From contig CAJINV010000005.1 in the NCBI GenBank assembly GCA_905178155.1, forward strand, positions 3,403,716 through 3,467,715: a stretch of 64,000 bases of DNA, in the 5' to 3' direction. Position numbers and translations under genes: made by a program. Source of the DNA: Amoebophrya sp. A120. Lineage: Eukaryota > Protista > Dinoflagellata. The notes under the pieces are model-generated. The model was not told where the DNA came from, did no database searches, and saw only the letters and a program-made list of their open reading frames with translations. This document shows, piece after piece, positions 22,972 through 36,509 of this stretch (within the stretch, counting starts at the first letter, position 1; every line of letters begins with the position of its first letter).

Positions 22972-24751
22972 TCACAAATCCTCTTTCCCACCCTTTTTCT
23001 TCGCACCCTTTCCTTTCTTCTTTTTCTTACCCCCGCCACCACCGCCGTTCTTCTTTTTCGTATTCTTGAGCCCCACCTTGGCGTGCGGATTTTCGGACCC
23101 AATCCCCCCGTCCATGGGTTTGATGTGTGCCGACAGCCTTCGGTTGCACTTGGCCGCGTGCTTGCACGTCATCATCGCTAAGTGTTCGATGTTCAGCTTT
23201 TTCATCTGTTTTAGGATGAACCGCGCAATTTCGTCTCGGCGGCTGCCGATGGTCTGTTCGCAGGAGAAAAAGACGATGTCCTTCCAAAGCTCGTACGTGT
23301 TCACGGCGTGATCCGAGGGGATCTCCTTCACCGACGTTGGCGGATGAACACACGGCCAGGTCTTGCGCTCCTCTTCCGGACCTGATGTGACGAGTGGACG
23401 GATGGTATTTTTGTCGTAGGGTGCTCCTGCTTGTCTCGTAGTCGTAGTTTGCTATCAGTATCTTTTGACAGCAGGGGCAAGACGACACGGACACACATGA
23501 AGAACTACTACGTACATCGTAAAGTAGACCCTAAAGAGGCTGAAATTGAACGTAAACAAATTTATACAAATCAGTACATGGCCTGATGTTGTACCCCAAG
23601 TACAGAAAGTCGTCCTTGAACAACTTGGCACAGCCCACTTTCTTGTTCAAAACCTGCGCTATCCCGCGTAAAAAGTTCCCCACCCCATAGCTGTCATGCA
23701 AATCTGCATGGTGGAACTGTCTCGCATGCGGAGCCCCATGAGAGGCATCCTCTTGGCGTGTTTCCGAATTTGTCATGCTCCAATCAGGATGATGCGCTAG
23801 GCCTGTGATGCTGCTGAACTAGCCCAGCAGGATCACGCCACGAGGCCAAACTTGTCATGCGCAACAGCCAAAGCTTGTTGATTTGTCTTGCTGATTTCCC
23901 AACTTGACAATGGTGCGGGGGCGTTTTTAGATACGATATGCACTTGGACGCCGTCATTGACCGTCTGGTTCCAGTCCCGGCCGTCCTTGTATTTTATCGC
24001 CAATAGGTATGAGATCGCACAAAACCCCCTCCCCCACGTTTGTCATGCTAAATACCAAATCCAAGCGCTGCATTGTGGTACTCTTTGCATTACAGATTCC
24101 GAAAGCCCGAGGGGGAGCTGTGCATTGTCATAACATGCTACGGTCCGTGCCCGGGTCGCGGTGCCCCTCCATGTAATCAAGCAGGTGGTCTTCCGTGACC
24201 CTCTTACTCGCGATTTTCGCGAAGGGGCGAAGGTCTGTTGGAGTTAAACCCGGGTTGAATTCGTCCGTTATCTGCGGCTCCAGATCAGTGGCGGTTACTT
24301 CATCATTTTCGCCGAGAGAAGAAGTTGAAGCGGTAGTACTAGCATCCAAGGAATTTGTCGAATTTTTATCTTCCCCGTCCACGGGGAGCTGCACCTTCTC
24401 GAAGTCGGTGAAATTTCTCTTCAGCATCGTCTTCAGCAGCGTTGTGCAAACGTCGCAGCGGGCGAAGTCCGCCAAACGGATGGCCTCAGTCTCGTCGGCC
24501 TCCGTCGGGCCCTTCATGTAGACGTTGTAATATCTGAAAAAAGCGCCGATGGTGCCGGAAAGCTTCCCGTCAATCGGTTGCATGCCCTCGGGATGGACGG
24601 ATTGCAGCTCCGGCGTCATCCGCTGGACACTGGCGTCGAGTTGTTCTTGAGCAAAGGCAAGCTGCAGAATAAAATTATGGGGTACAAAGATGAGAAATAA
24701 GTGGGATGCCCTCAACAGCGCATTGCAAAAACGGCAGCTGCCTGTCGACAT
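22972..24751 (-). CDS. Putative ER-lumen protein (signal peptide, CxxC saposin/canopy-like, C-terminal KEDL)
   Basis: Hydrophobic N-terminus, ARCDVC, further Cys residues, ends KKGGKEDL*. Two introner junctions are in frame; the third intron is only approximately placed. Confidence 0.6.
23660..23938. mobile_element. Introner family C
   Basis: TATCCCGCGTAAAAAGTTCCCCACCCC...GGGGGCGTTTTTAGATACGATA; flanks TGCGC/TGCAC; join GVQVQVLNKK. Confidence 0.8.
24008..24132. mobile_element. Introner, family C-like (degenerate)
   Basis: TATGAGATCGCACAAAACCCCCTCCCCC...GGGGGAGCTGTGCATTGTCATA. Direct repeat decayed; removal plus 5 nt gives RSMLAIKYKD. Confidence 0.65.
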
Positions 24752-25149
24752 CTTGCTGTCACCCTGCTGGAAGGCGGTGTAGTTGTTTATGTTTGTCTCT
24801 CTGAAACTCACTTGCAGATGCAAGCAGAGTCATGAGTGTTTGCGGGTGCCCTAATTATGTATTACGAGGCACGAGCGAGGACAGTCTTGCCGAAAAATCA
24901 AGGAAGCGGGTGCTCACGTGCAAGCGAAGTTACAGTTAGCGTAGCCAAAGAGCTCCGCGAAGATCATTCTTCAATGGGCAACAAACACAACAAGAGAACA
25001 CGACAACGAGAAACAAGACATTCCTAACGAACTCGAACGCGGGGGCAAACATGCAGGCCCCAAAGCAAACTCTTGCTTTATTCTTTTTTCAGAAGCAGCT
25101 GCTGGCACTCCAGTGGCACGTTAATGGCAACAGCCCAAACAAGAATTGC

Positions 25150-26620
25150 AGACGGCCGCGGAGCGCCGCTCGCAATGAATGCGCCGGCCCACGCCATAGG
25201 GCGGCGTCACTATCTATCTAGCACGGGGGGCCGCCCGGCCGCTACGCGCGTCCGTGGCCTGCGGGCGCTCGCAGTGGCTCTCGCCGGCCCAAGCATCCAC
25301 GGCTAGCCACCCCGACTGTTCCTCGCGGGCGGCTCGCCCAAAGTAGGCAATGAGCCAAAACAACAGGAGACGGGCCAAGGAAGGGCGCGGGGGCCCGGGT
25401 GAGGGGGGGCGCGGACGGATGGGGCGGCCGACCAATCGAAGAGCCGGCCCCCTGGCCTAGGGGGCGGGCAAAGCCGGCCCATGGAATGAATGCCCAGCAA
25501 AGGGCGAAAATAAAGGGGGCCGGGGGCCGCCGATGGGGCGCCAGGAATTTTGTACGTAGTAGTAGTAGTATTACGTCACCCACAGACGGCAGGGAACCCG
25601 GAGAAGCTTGCAGCCGGCCGCCTTCATCTGGCCGCTTTCCGAAGCCACACGCCCTGCGCCGTGCGTCTAAACTTGGAGACGTCGGCGCGAAACCCGTCGG
25701 AAATGCGGCGGGGGAGTCGCGGTTGAAATGCGAATGGTGTGACCGTAGCCAATTCGTAAACTACCCTGCCCAAGGCCGGCAGATCACACAACTCACCGAC
25801 AAGGCCGCGTCGACATCTGCCCGGCTTTCTCGATTGGGGCGAATACGCCCGCCCCTGTTCGCGCAGTACATTTATAGCCCGGACCCGCCGGCGTGCCCCT
25901 ACTTCTGAAATTGAAACTGTCTGCCTGGGCACCCGGCGCAGGCGATCCCACCCGGGGGGCCACCCGCCCAGGCGGAGAGCTTCGGCGGGGCGGGTCGGTC
26001 CCGGGGTTTCTTGGCGCGCCAGTAAGCGCGCGGGCTACCGCTTCGGCTTTACCCACCCCAGCAAGGCCGGTCGCCGAGCGGAATTGCCCCCGCGCGCCGC
26101 CCCCAAAAGAAGCCGCAAACCCCTGCCGGTGCGCCACCGCCTTGGGCGTGCTGCGTGTGAACGCGCGAAACTCACAAGGGGCGCCCTTTCGCCACTGACT
26201 GCGGAAGCCGAATCTGCGCCACCCCGCCTCTGTCGCGGGGCGTCCTTAATTGCGCCAAATCTGCGAAAATTTTACAAGCGGGGAAGGCCCTGCGGAATGA
26301 GCTCTCGCTCTTCGGCTGGGCCCGGGTAAATATCAAGGCCCGCGCGCCCCGGCCCCTGGGCGGCTGGAAGCGAGGAACGCGGCGCGCCCGGGAAGCATAC
26401 AACTACAAGGGAGGGCCGCCACCATGGGCCGGCCCCCACACCTCGCAACCGCTCGCGTCTTGACATAGAAGAGGCCCTTTCTCTGGTGGGTCGGTGCCTG
26501 TTCCACGTCAACAAACTCCGAGCGCTTCTCTTCGAGATTCACACTCCCGCCGGCCGATACGGGCGCGCAAAGTTTCCCAAGCTGTAGAAGCCGCCCCTAT
26601 TTTAAAAGCGGGCTACTAGC
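25150..26620. other. GC-rich intergenic island, possible repeat or transposon relic
   Basis: Very high GC with G/C runs and no credible protein; similar in composition to the islands at 7.3, 45.5, 46.8 and 56 kb. Confidence 0.4.
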
Positions 26621-27343
26621 CGAGACGGAGACTACCCGAGTAGCAAGACCACCAGGGGAACACATACACAACACCGGGAAACGCTGCGTGCGCTATGTAT
26701 AGTGCTCTGCAACAATCTTTCTGTGCGTTCCATTCTCGGCACAACAAAACACTGCAAATGCGCTGGTTGTGATCGGCGATGGAACGTGTCGCCACGCATC
26801 TATCTACAAGTACAACTACAACGGTCAAACTGCTAGGCATCATAAGGCCAATCCAAACGATGTTAAAGTCGCCAGAGACCTGCTCGCTTGATTTGCCGCG
26901 ACAAGGGGGAAGGATACAGCAACAGCATACAGCTGTGCTTGAGGATAACAAAATGTAAGCAAAACAGTGTGTGCACGCTTTTCGAATTCACATTCAGCTT
27001 AGGTAGAAAATTCTATACTTATATACGAATAGAAGCATAGCATCTTTTATTTCGAATAGATGTAGTGCAAGTGCTAGCGTGTTGATACAATAATTTTGTC
27101 TCATTTTTTGGCAGTGAAGACGCCTATTCATGGAAGGCGAAACATTGTACAAGTTTGTGTTCGATCAGTAATTCTTTGTTCTACAACAACAAGGGAACAA
27201 CAACAGCACAGGGAAACGCGATGACTAAAGCTAACCTTTGCGTAATCGTAGTTTACTTTTACGCCTGTCTCGACCGCGTGTGCCATAGTCTCAACCCTCT
27301 TCCGCTTCTCCGCAGAAAAATTTTGTTTCAAGACCTCACCCCG

Positions 27344-30300
27344 TCATCCACACAGAACCGCCAATGGAAACAGATGCGTCGGCGGCCACAGTGCGATCGT
27401 CGCTAACATCACCCACTGTGAAGTAGCGTTCTGGTGGATCGTGAAATACCAGACCAATTGCGCAAATCCCAGCATCGACAAACACCAGGAGACGACGAAG
27501 CAAACTTCCAAATTCCGGAAAAACTGCCGCAATTCGTGGCGGTAACTCGCCGCGTCCAGCTTGTACTCGGAGGACGTAACAGCAGCGCTCGCATGATCGG
27601 CTTCACGAGAAGAGCTCTTCCGAGTGCTGAATTAGAATTTTGATGTTTTAAATTTGATGTATCCATACTTGCAAGAGAACGAAAAGCAGTGCGAGCAAGC
27701 ATAGAGAAGCAAATCCAGCGGCATGTCACATTTTTCTATGTACCTCCTACTCCGCGTCGGTGTGAACAAAAGTTTTTCGTCCTCTTTCCCCGCCGACTTC
27801 CTCTCCCCGGCACCATTCCTCGCCACCACCCTGCCCTGCACGATCGGAAGCTTGATCTCCCCCGTTTTGTAAAAAACATCGCTCTCGTCCCGATCGTCCA
27901 AAGCCCCGCCAGTGGTCAATAGTTCCCTAGCTTGTTTACTCGCCGGATTAAACGTGTCTTTCGACCCGTTTTCACTAGTCGTCGTCCCGTCCGCCATGTG
28001 GTAGTGCTGCGCGACTTGCGATCTACTGATAAAAGTTGTCTCGGAAGAGGAGGAGATAGACGCGACAGTGCCGGTGAGAACGTTCTTGCTCGTCGTGGTC
28101 GACGCATGCGGGTAGTTTGCGGCAGTAGTGCCTCCTGGAACTATCGTCCCGACCGAGGAGGCAGAACTGCTCCGATGGATGTGATGTTCGAAAGCAGCGC
28201 CAGGAGTTGTGCCTTTGTTGCTCTCATCCCCGGACGCAGTCGTGCTTCCGCCTTGCTCAACATCGATGTTTCTTGATGGTTGCTGCAATAAATTCACGGG
28301 CTCCAGCAAATTAATCGGCTTTTGCCACTCCGGCTGCTTTTTCTTCTTTTCTTGATTCAGCTGCTGTTCGGATTCGGTTGTGGAGAAGGCGGAAGAGGTT
28401 CCAGAGGACCCGGAGGCTGTAGTGGAGGCTCCTACTGGTCGTACTCCTTTTTCTTGTTTTCCATCCGTTTTGATGTTCGTCGCCGTGTTCCCCCGCACAG
28501 CAAAATCCAAACCCAAATCTTCTTGTTCCTCCGCACTGGAGCTGCTGCTGCTCGACGAGGTTCCGATGTAGATCCCCTTCTCGATGTCCCCGCCGAGAAA
28601 CAAGCCTGCCGCCCCAGTCACCGGTAGCTCCGACCGCCAGTATTTGTCGGACTCAAACGACGCTAAAAGCGGATCTTCCTCCAGCATGTTGCTGTCCTCC
28701 CAAACCGACGGCCCCGCCGGAAAATCGGAGATCGTTTCGTCCTTTTTCGTGCTGTCCGCGGTATTCCGGCTCTTGTTGTTCGCGTTCGAAATGGTGGTCC
28801 CGCCGGCCGCACCAGATTTCCGGCTCACCACGGAATTCTGCAGGATCTTCTGCCTCGGGAACAGCCCCATGCGGTGGGTTTCGAGAATCGAGCACCGCGT
28901 GAAGGCCTCGCGATTGAGCAGGTCGGAAATGTTGGGGAAGGGAAGTTGTTTTTTGGGTTTTTGACTGGTCGCTGCGTTGATGTCTTCGCGTTCGGCATGA
29001 TTCTCCTCCTCGTCATTAGACGTTGGTAGCGCGAGCAACATCGGGCACTTCTGCTGGCTCATGTACCCGATGCGAAAGAAGATGAGCCTGCGTTGATGAT
29101 GAGACGTGAGTACAACTGCTTTGTCAACATGCAGCTGCTAGACAGCTTTTCCTTTCTGATCCAAATTCGGCTTTGATACAGGAAGATTTTTTTGTGATCA
29201 TGCAAAACCAAAAACCTTTGTACTAAAATGATCCAAGAAGAACTTATACCTTCCCAAATCCATCGCCAGCGTGCACGACGACAGCCCCAACGCGACCACG
29301 TACAAGGTCAGAAACAGTGTCACACTGGCCAACCCCCACGGCACCATCGCCAACGCCAGTGACCCACTCAAGGTTAGAACCAAGATGAAGCAGTTTGTGA
29401 ACGACAGCCGCGAGGCGTAAACTAATCCCTTCCGCGTCCGCGCTTCAAACGCGATCCAGACCGCTCGGGTGTAGCAGTTGGAGTAGATGGATTTGAACCA
29501 CGATTTCACATCGGAACAAACGCAGGGCGGGTCCACCGCCGCTTTGACCACGTTTTTTAACGCGTACTGCTTGTGCATGTTGACATCGTGGTTCTGCACC
29601 GACGTGATAGCACTATCCTCGTTCCAACTGGGATCATCCCTTTCAATGCGGTAAATCGGGTGTCGGTACCAGGAACAGAGAAACAGGTTCAGCGCTGCTT
29701 TTGCCGACATCAGACGGAACAGGTTTGGCGCTAACGCGATCGTTTCCTCGATCGACCGCTCGTACCAGGGAAGGTGGTGAGAAGTACCGGCTGTAGTAAA
29801 ACTTCTACTGCTGAGAAGATGCGGTTCATGCTGCTGCGCTGTTCCGCTTCCGATCATGAACATCTTTGAGTTTGAGGTAGTCCCGTGTTCCAGAAAGGAA
29901 AGCCACGCAGTCTTGCTGTCATCTGTGGCCATCATCTGTGTAACCGATGACCCGATCGCCGCGCCAGCGCCGGCAGCCGCACTCCCGAAAGAGGAGGAGC
30001 TACCTGTTGTCATCGACGGCCCCGCGACTGCGATCAGCGCGAGTGCGGAGAAGTACACAGCGAGCATCAAGCTGCCGTGAGAAGCGAAGTATAGAAATTG
30101 CAGTCTCGGTGTTGGCGTGTAATCGCCGAGATACTTCTCGATCGGTTTGCACCAACAGGAAGTAACCGGCTCACGTTTACTAATTGCGTTGTTGGTAAAC
30201 GGCGCGGTGGCGTGTCTGGACAAATATTCACACATCAGGGACTCCCGGACAGTTGCGAAGGGGATTTTGTTGTTATTTTTCGCCGAGGTTTTGGTGTTTG

Positions 30301-30490
30301 ACGCGGAGGATGATTTACTTGTCGGGCTAGCACAGCCGGTCCCGGTTTGGTCGGAAGGTCGGTTTTCATCTTTTGCAGGGGAGGAAAACGTCGACGAGTG
30401 TTGGTTGGCGATCTCCTGTTCGTGATAGAACGCCAGATCATTTGCGCCGATGGCCACCACCCGGCCGTCATGCGTGAAAGAAGTTGCCAT
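27344..30490 (-). CDS. Multi-pass membrane hypothetical protein, 3 exons
   Basis: The 430-aa, 476-aa and 62-aa ORFs join in frame via GT-AG introns at 29088-29249 (MDLGRLIFFRIGYMSQQ) and about 27627-27743. Several hydrophobic segments. Confidence 0.7.
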
Positions 30491-30906
30491 TTTTTCTCTT
30501 CGAGATTGTGCGATGAGTCTTTCACGTTCTACGTACGTCTGGTTTCAAATCGTACACCGTTCTTGACTTCGAGTCTTGTGTACACCTACATTGCCCAGAA
30601 CTTGTACCAACATCTGATCCTCGATCTTCAGACCATGCAAACTCGCGTGGTGCGTCAAGCGATCGTTCTTCCTCGTTCTTGGCGATCTTTCGACACATGT
30701 TTATGCTCTTCGATAGAAGTAACGACTTCACGTTCACTAGTAACAACGACCAAAAGGAGCGATTACGATAGCGAACTCGAGCAGAGAACGACGAAGACTT
30801 TATTCCCCAAAACGAAAGGCGAAGTTGATTCTTATAATTTCGAACGATCTGGCGTGTGCGACTCATCGATACAAGGAGCAATGGCAATCTCAAAAATACA
30901 CTGGCG

Positions 30907-32428
30907 TCATACGATGAAGTACATCAAGTACGAAGTAGCGCGAGTCAGTTGTAAAGTGCGAGCTACCATTACGCCCGTGAGATACTCGTGCTTAGATGCG
31001 GAATAACTTGATTCTGATTTTTGCTTGGATTGCTCGACCTGATATTTGGTTGAAACCTGGCTGCGAGCGGAAGAATTGGAATTCTGACGACTCTCACTAT
31101 TCATCAAGCCACAAAGTAATCCAATATGCGTTTGCAGTTCCGCAATACCGCAACCGTCTTTCGCGGAGATTGCGTGAATCGCAGGAACAATCGGCGCCTC
31201 AGGGCCTGTTTCGTCCTCTGGATACAAATTGTCGGAATCTGTATTGCTGGCGCGTCGAGATGAAAAGCAAGCGCTGGATGAGGTCGAAGATGCGGCCTTA
31301 TTTTTGTTCAAAAACTTTCCCAACATCTTCCCCCCGTACAACCTCCTTCTCGCCTGTTGCTCTTCCGTCCAAAACAATTCGTCGAACGGCAACGGGTCCC
31401 TCAACTCCAAAATCCTCTCGCTCGCTGCTTGGACCGCTTCGTGCAACTCCGTTCTGGTTAACAAATCCACCTTTGTCAACACGATCAGCTTCGTGTACCC
31501 GCGGAAAACCTTCCGCCAAACTTGTTCGTCCTCGGTCTTGATCCCCTTCCGAGCGTCGACCAAGCAGACGACGCATTTCAACAATCTCTTCGAGCACTCC
31601 TGGTCACAGAACTTCTGCAGTAGTTCTTTCCATTTATTCCTCAATTGCTTCTCTACCTTCGCAAACCCGTATCCAGGTAAATCGACAAAGTTGAACTTAT
31701 TTCGCACCTCGAAGCGGAACAGGTGTTTGGTCTGCCCGGGCGTGCCGGAGGAAAACGCAAGTTTTCGGTTGTTGAGCAGTGAATTCAGCAAGGTTGATTT
31801 CCCGGCGTTGGATTCGCCGATGAAGGCGATCATGGGAAGTTTGGTTTCCAGCGTTTCCATGGTTGCGGCCACGAGCACCGGGTGCGCCGTGACGGGTTTG
31901 GAGAAAAGTTTCTGGCGTACTAGGAGGGTTTGATGTTGTTTCGCAGATGAATCACTAGTAGCAGCTCGGATCATATCCAAGAAAAAAACACCATCACAAT
32001 CACGGTTGGGAAGTTTTGCATCAGAAATTTGTCTCGCATGACAAATTTTTCTTGTATTGCAAAAACACAAAGGGAAATCGCCTATAACTCTTGACTGTGA
32101 TGCAGTTTTGCGCATGACAAAATTTTTTGTATTACAAAACTGTGCAAAAGTGATTGTGATGGTGTTTTTTTCTTGGATAGATCAACGGAGCGAGGTCGTA
32201 GTTATTTTCTGCTGGGGTCGTGGTCCTTGTTGCGGTTGTCTTGCTCCTGCTGGACGTCGCAGCTGCGAAAGACGACGACGAGGAAGAGGAGGAAGCACTG
32301 CCTGAAGAAGATCCGCTTGCCGTCGCTTCTGCCAGTGTGATGAAAGGTTTGGCCAAGTACGGCACCGTTTTGGTTGGCTGGAGCACACTTGGAACCACTC
32401 GAGCCGCTTCGAGCAGGGAGGACCGCAT
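30907..32428 (-). CDS. engB: EngB/YihA(YsxC)-type GTPase, probably organellar
   Basis: IAFIGESNAGKSTLLN, SGTPGQT, VDLPGYGFAK, LVDARKG, LTKVD, ISAK; transit-peptide-like first exon. Confidence 0.9.
31974..32179. mobile_element. Introner family D
   Basis: Perfect 30-bp TIR TATCCAAGAAAAAAACACCATCACAATCAC; perfect direct repeat GATCA; join LAPLIRAATSD. Confidence 0.92.
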
Positions 32429-33095
32429 TTCTTGTTTTGCAATGCCAGCGATGAAAAGAACGAAAGCTGCTTCTAATGGTCTATGATCGAGACAGAGAGG
32501 ACCACATCCAAAAAGAAAATGTCAAACAAATCGCTAAAACAAGAACAACCAAAAGTCACAGAGAATGACCTTCGATCTCATTTTCGGCTTTGCTTTTTGG
32601 CCAATGGAAGTCAGGAGCTCTGTGTTGATATAGAAAAGACAGCTGGCAGCACTTTTTACTGAAGTAAGTAGATAGGAGTAGAGGAACCGGCAAGGAAACC
32701 TCCGAACAAGCAAACATTACTAACCGGCGAAGAGAACAAATGTAGCCTACGATCACGAAGACGACGTGTTCCGCCTCTAAAAATGATACGGTTTTCTCTA
32801 CTTTTATTTTAGCGCGTCGCAACATTGAAGAAAGATATCAAAGAACTCAGATGTTTTTCACAACTGTGTTGCAAGTCGTCCTACCACAGTAATACCGTTT
32901 TGATGCATGACAAGAAGAACTGGTTTATTTTTGACACGCTAACCCTCTTCGTTAGACATCTCAGATGATGCTTCATCGAGTAGCAGCCCGTACAATATTG
33001 AGCGTAGTTGGTTTTGAAAAAGTTTTACTTTCCTGTAGAAAGATCGCGCGAAGTTGTTTGTTTCAAGACAGGGACCAACAGCGCACCACGACACA

Positions 33096-36000
33096 TTACT
33101 TCGAACTCTGGTTTATGACGTTCAAGCACTGCAGTCTGGTTTCGCAGGCCTGTAACGCGAACTCCCCACACAGCGCCGCTTTTGCCTCCTTCAGCCACGG
33201 TGTGATTTTTTCCTTGACAAAGCTGTGTTTCGGCAGGTTTTCCAACGCGTAGACCGCGGAGAGCAGATCGCCCTTCTCCACAAACTTACTCGCCGCGTGG
33301 AGGCAGTCCAGGGAAAGTTCTAGCTGGGTCGTGCCGTTTTCACTTGTCGTCCCTGCAGAGGGTCGTGTCGACGGCTGCTCTTGTGCTTCCATGGTACTAC
33401 TCGCAGCGGGACTAGTTGTCACGACTCCCCCCGTGCCTGACGACACAGAATACACCCTCCCGATCACATTGGCGTACACATGGGACCAGAGCGAGCTCGG
33501 CTTTTCGACAAAGCAGGCGACCACCCATTTTCGCAGCGTGTCGTCGAAGGATTTGGCCACCTCTAACGAGCTGCGTAGCAGGGTCCCAGACTCGCACTTC
33601 TGCATGGCGTCTTTCGCAAGTTTTTGGGTTATGGCGTCGATTTTCTGTGCGGCGAGGGGAGAGAAGGCGTCTTTCGCGTCCTTCCGTTGGCCGGCAAAGT
33701 TGATACCTAAGTTTAAGTTCATTGCAGTGGTCCTCGTTGTATAGACGATGTGGAGTAAAATTAAGAGATAATATCATACGTGTGCGGCGTCAAGAAGAAC
33801 ACACAGGCTTTTATGCTCCCCAGTTCTGCTTCTGGTCGTGGCCCACGAAATAACCGACACGCATGACAAAAGATTGAAGTGATAGCAACCACAAAAAAAT
33901 ACGTGCCGCGTTCGTCATTTTTTGCAGTTGGCGCTGGTCTTTCAGCTTTGCAATTTCTTCGGAGTCTTCTTCGACCACCCGGCTCAGGCCCATGATGTCA
34001 CCCGCCGCGTCCGCCAGGGACATTGCGTAGTTGGCATTCCTGAAGGAAAATTGAATGTGATTATATTCTCCTCATGTCTTGTTCTGCTCAATACAACGCA
34101 TGAGAAAATCAGCCCGTGATTGAAATTCAGCATGACAGAGAAGAACAAAACTGATTCTTCAAATACTGCTCCAGGAGCGTCTCCTCCGCGACGATTCCGT
34201 ACTCTGTCAGAACCTTGTCATTCTGCTCCGTTAAGGTTTTCTCGCAGGACAAAAGCGCTTTTTCCAGCTCCACCTCATTATGCATTGCAAAAGTATCGCA
34301 CTAGTAGAAATAGCATTACAAATTTTTCCAGAAGGAAAAATGAAATTTGTAATGCTGAATAAGCTAAGGAACCAGATTTGTCACGCATGACTGCAATTAC
34401 TACGAGTACGATACTTTTGCACAGGATACTCATACTCTTCTCCCAACTTCTTCTCCACTTCCTTCTTCACACTTTCCACCTCCTGTCTCGACAGTTCCGC
34501 GAAGTGCTTCGTTGCGTTTTCTATCTTCTCCACCGCCTGCACTTCAAATTTCTCGTTGAAGTTCGCAATCTCCTCGCTGAGCCGGATCGCGAAATACTTC
34601 CGGTTCTCGGCGAGTTGCTGGGTACGGTCGAGAACGCGGGTGACAAGCTCGTCGCGGGAGAGAGTGGCGATCTGATTTACGTAGCGTTTCGTCGTGGTGT
34701 GTCGTGCACGATGTTATGACATGATTAAGTTGAAGATTTTTATTGTTCTTACAAAGCAGAAGCAGCTGTCTGTGTTTGCATTTACAAAAAGGGCACAGTT
34801 GCATGGTGCCACAGCCACAATGACAGTTTCATCAAGTAATAAATTGATACACTCTCCTCCTCCGCCTTCACAAAATCTGCCACTGCGAAATTCTTCAGCC
34901 CCACCTCTTCATTCTCCTTCTTCCTCTCTGTGAGCTGTTTCAGCAATTTCCCGGGTGCGAGCAGTAACTCCGCTAACTCTTTTGTGTGGCTGCCCCCGTC
35001 GACGCAGTTCAACTTTTCACATTCCTCCAGCGCTTCCAACGTCGCCTTCTTGTCCTTCTTCGTAACCGCGGTTTCTAAAGCTTTGACGGCTTCAACTTGC
35101 TTGCCGCTCTCGTGCAGGGCGACGTCAATGCGTTGGAGGAACTGTGAAGACTTATTTGTGTGTATAGCTTGTTCATGTGAGTTATCCACAGAAAGAAACC
35201 TATCCTATCCCTAACTACTTTTTGCATGACAAAAAAAGGGATGAGAAATTAGAAGTCTCTGGACGTACAGGAAGTACTTTTTACCTTTGTTTGCTCGATC
35301 GGGTCTTCCAGCAACGGTGTGTCTCCGTCGATCTTCCCGGCCAGGTCCAGATAAGCTTCTTCATGCTGTGCAAAAGTATCGCACTCGTACTAATCGCAAT
35401 TGCGCATGCGCGCCGAATGACAGACCTATAAATAGCGTATATTCAAATCAGCATTGCAAATTGCGATTTTTTTTCATCTGGGAGAATTTGTATTGCAACT
35501 TATACTACGTCCTAGTGCGATTATACTTTTGCCATGCATATTCTTTTGTCTGTGCCAGTTCCTTCCGTAACTGCTCGCTCGGCGCCGTCGTCGCTAGCCG
35601 TTTCATCTGCGTCTCGATGTCTTCCCTTGTTTTTAAAATCCTGGTCTTCTTCTGCTTCAACGCCAAGACTTCCTCGGGCTCCATCAAATCCTCATTCGGC
35701 GGCAACAGTCTGTCCAACGCGGTCTGCTTCTCTTCCAGGTTTCTTTTCGTTGTCTGTAAGTCGTTTTGCAGTTTGAGTTTATCTTGCTTTACGCTATCCA
35801 GTTGCTTCCTGTTCGTCAGCACGGTTTGCTCCGAATTTCGCAGGGCGCTCTGCAGCTTCTGCTGCTCTTCGAAGCTGGTTTGGGCTTTTCGCTCCAGCTG
35901 GTCCTTCTGTTGCTGCAATGCTACCGCTTCCTGTTGACTGTCGTACGCCTGTTTCCCGACGAAGGCAACGCCAGCGGCGAGGGCAAGATTTGCGGCGTAG

Positions 36001-36509
36001 GAAAGCATGGCGGTCGCTGAAGTTGTCGTCGTGGAGCTGGAGGTCGACGACGAAGTTCCGGTGCTAGTGCTTGCTGCGGCGGACGAAGTAGATGCTCCGC
36101 TAGAACTACTTTTCGTTGATGCGGCACCACTAAAAGCACCTGCGGACGAAGGCGGAGGAGATGCGCTTGCGCCCCCAGCAGCAGGTTTCGCCTGACCAGG
36201 CACCACAGGTGGAGCGGACGAAGACGAACTACTACCCGGTGGCTTTCCAACTTTTCCAGCAGCTGGGCCAGTGCTGGACGAGCTGGGAGTTGCAGCGTTT
36301 TTTCCGGAAGACGGCGTTGATCCTGAGTTGAAAGCCCTCTGTTGCCGAAGGGTCCTCTGGAGCTGCTGTTGGTGTTGGTGACCATGATCTACTCCTGGGC
36401 AGTGAAATAACCACGAAGAGGACGTTGAAGTGGTAGGTTTTGCACCAGCAGTCGTGGACGATAGCAGCCGCTTCGCACTGCGACCCGAGGACCGGAGACG
36501 GGTTTGCAT
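33096..36509 (-). CDS. MIC60: Mitofilin / MICOS subunit MIC60-like
   Basis: Mitochondrial-type presequence, one TM segment, coiled coil, and a C-terminal LHAASKFVEKGDLLSAVYALENL...PWLKEAKAAL matching the mitofilin domain end. Confidence 0.7.
34279..34428. mobile_element. Introner family B
   Basis: TATGCATTGCAAAAGTATCG...CGATACTTTTGCACAGGATA; perfect direct repeat CTCAT; join EEYEVELEK. Confidence 0.9.
35362..35540. mobile_element. Introner family B
   Basis: CATGCTGTGCAAAAGTATCG...ATACTTTTGCCATGCATA; perfect direct repeat TTCTT; join TKEAYLDL. Confidence 0.85.

Noticed and set aside
26590-26620. Helitron 3' end (hairpin plus CTAG)
   Set aside because: The hairpin is imperfect and too close to CTAG; no matching 5' end or Rep/helicase was seen.
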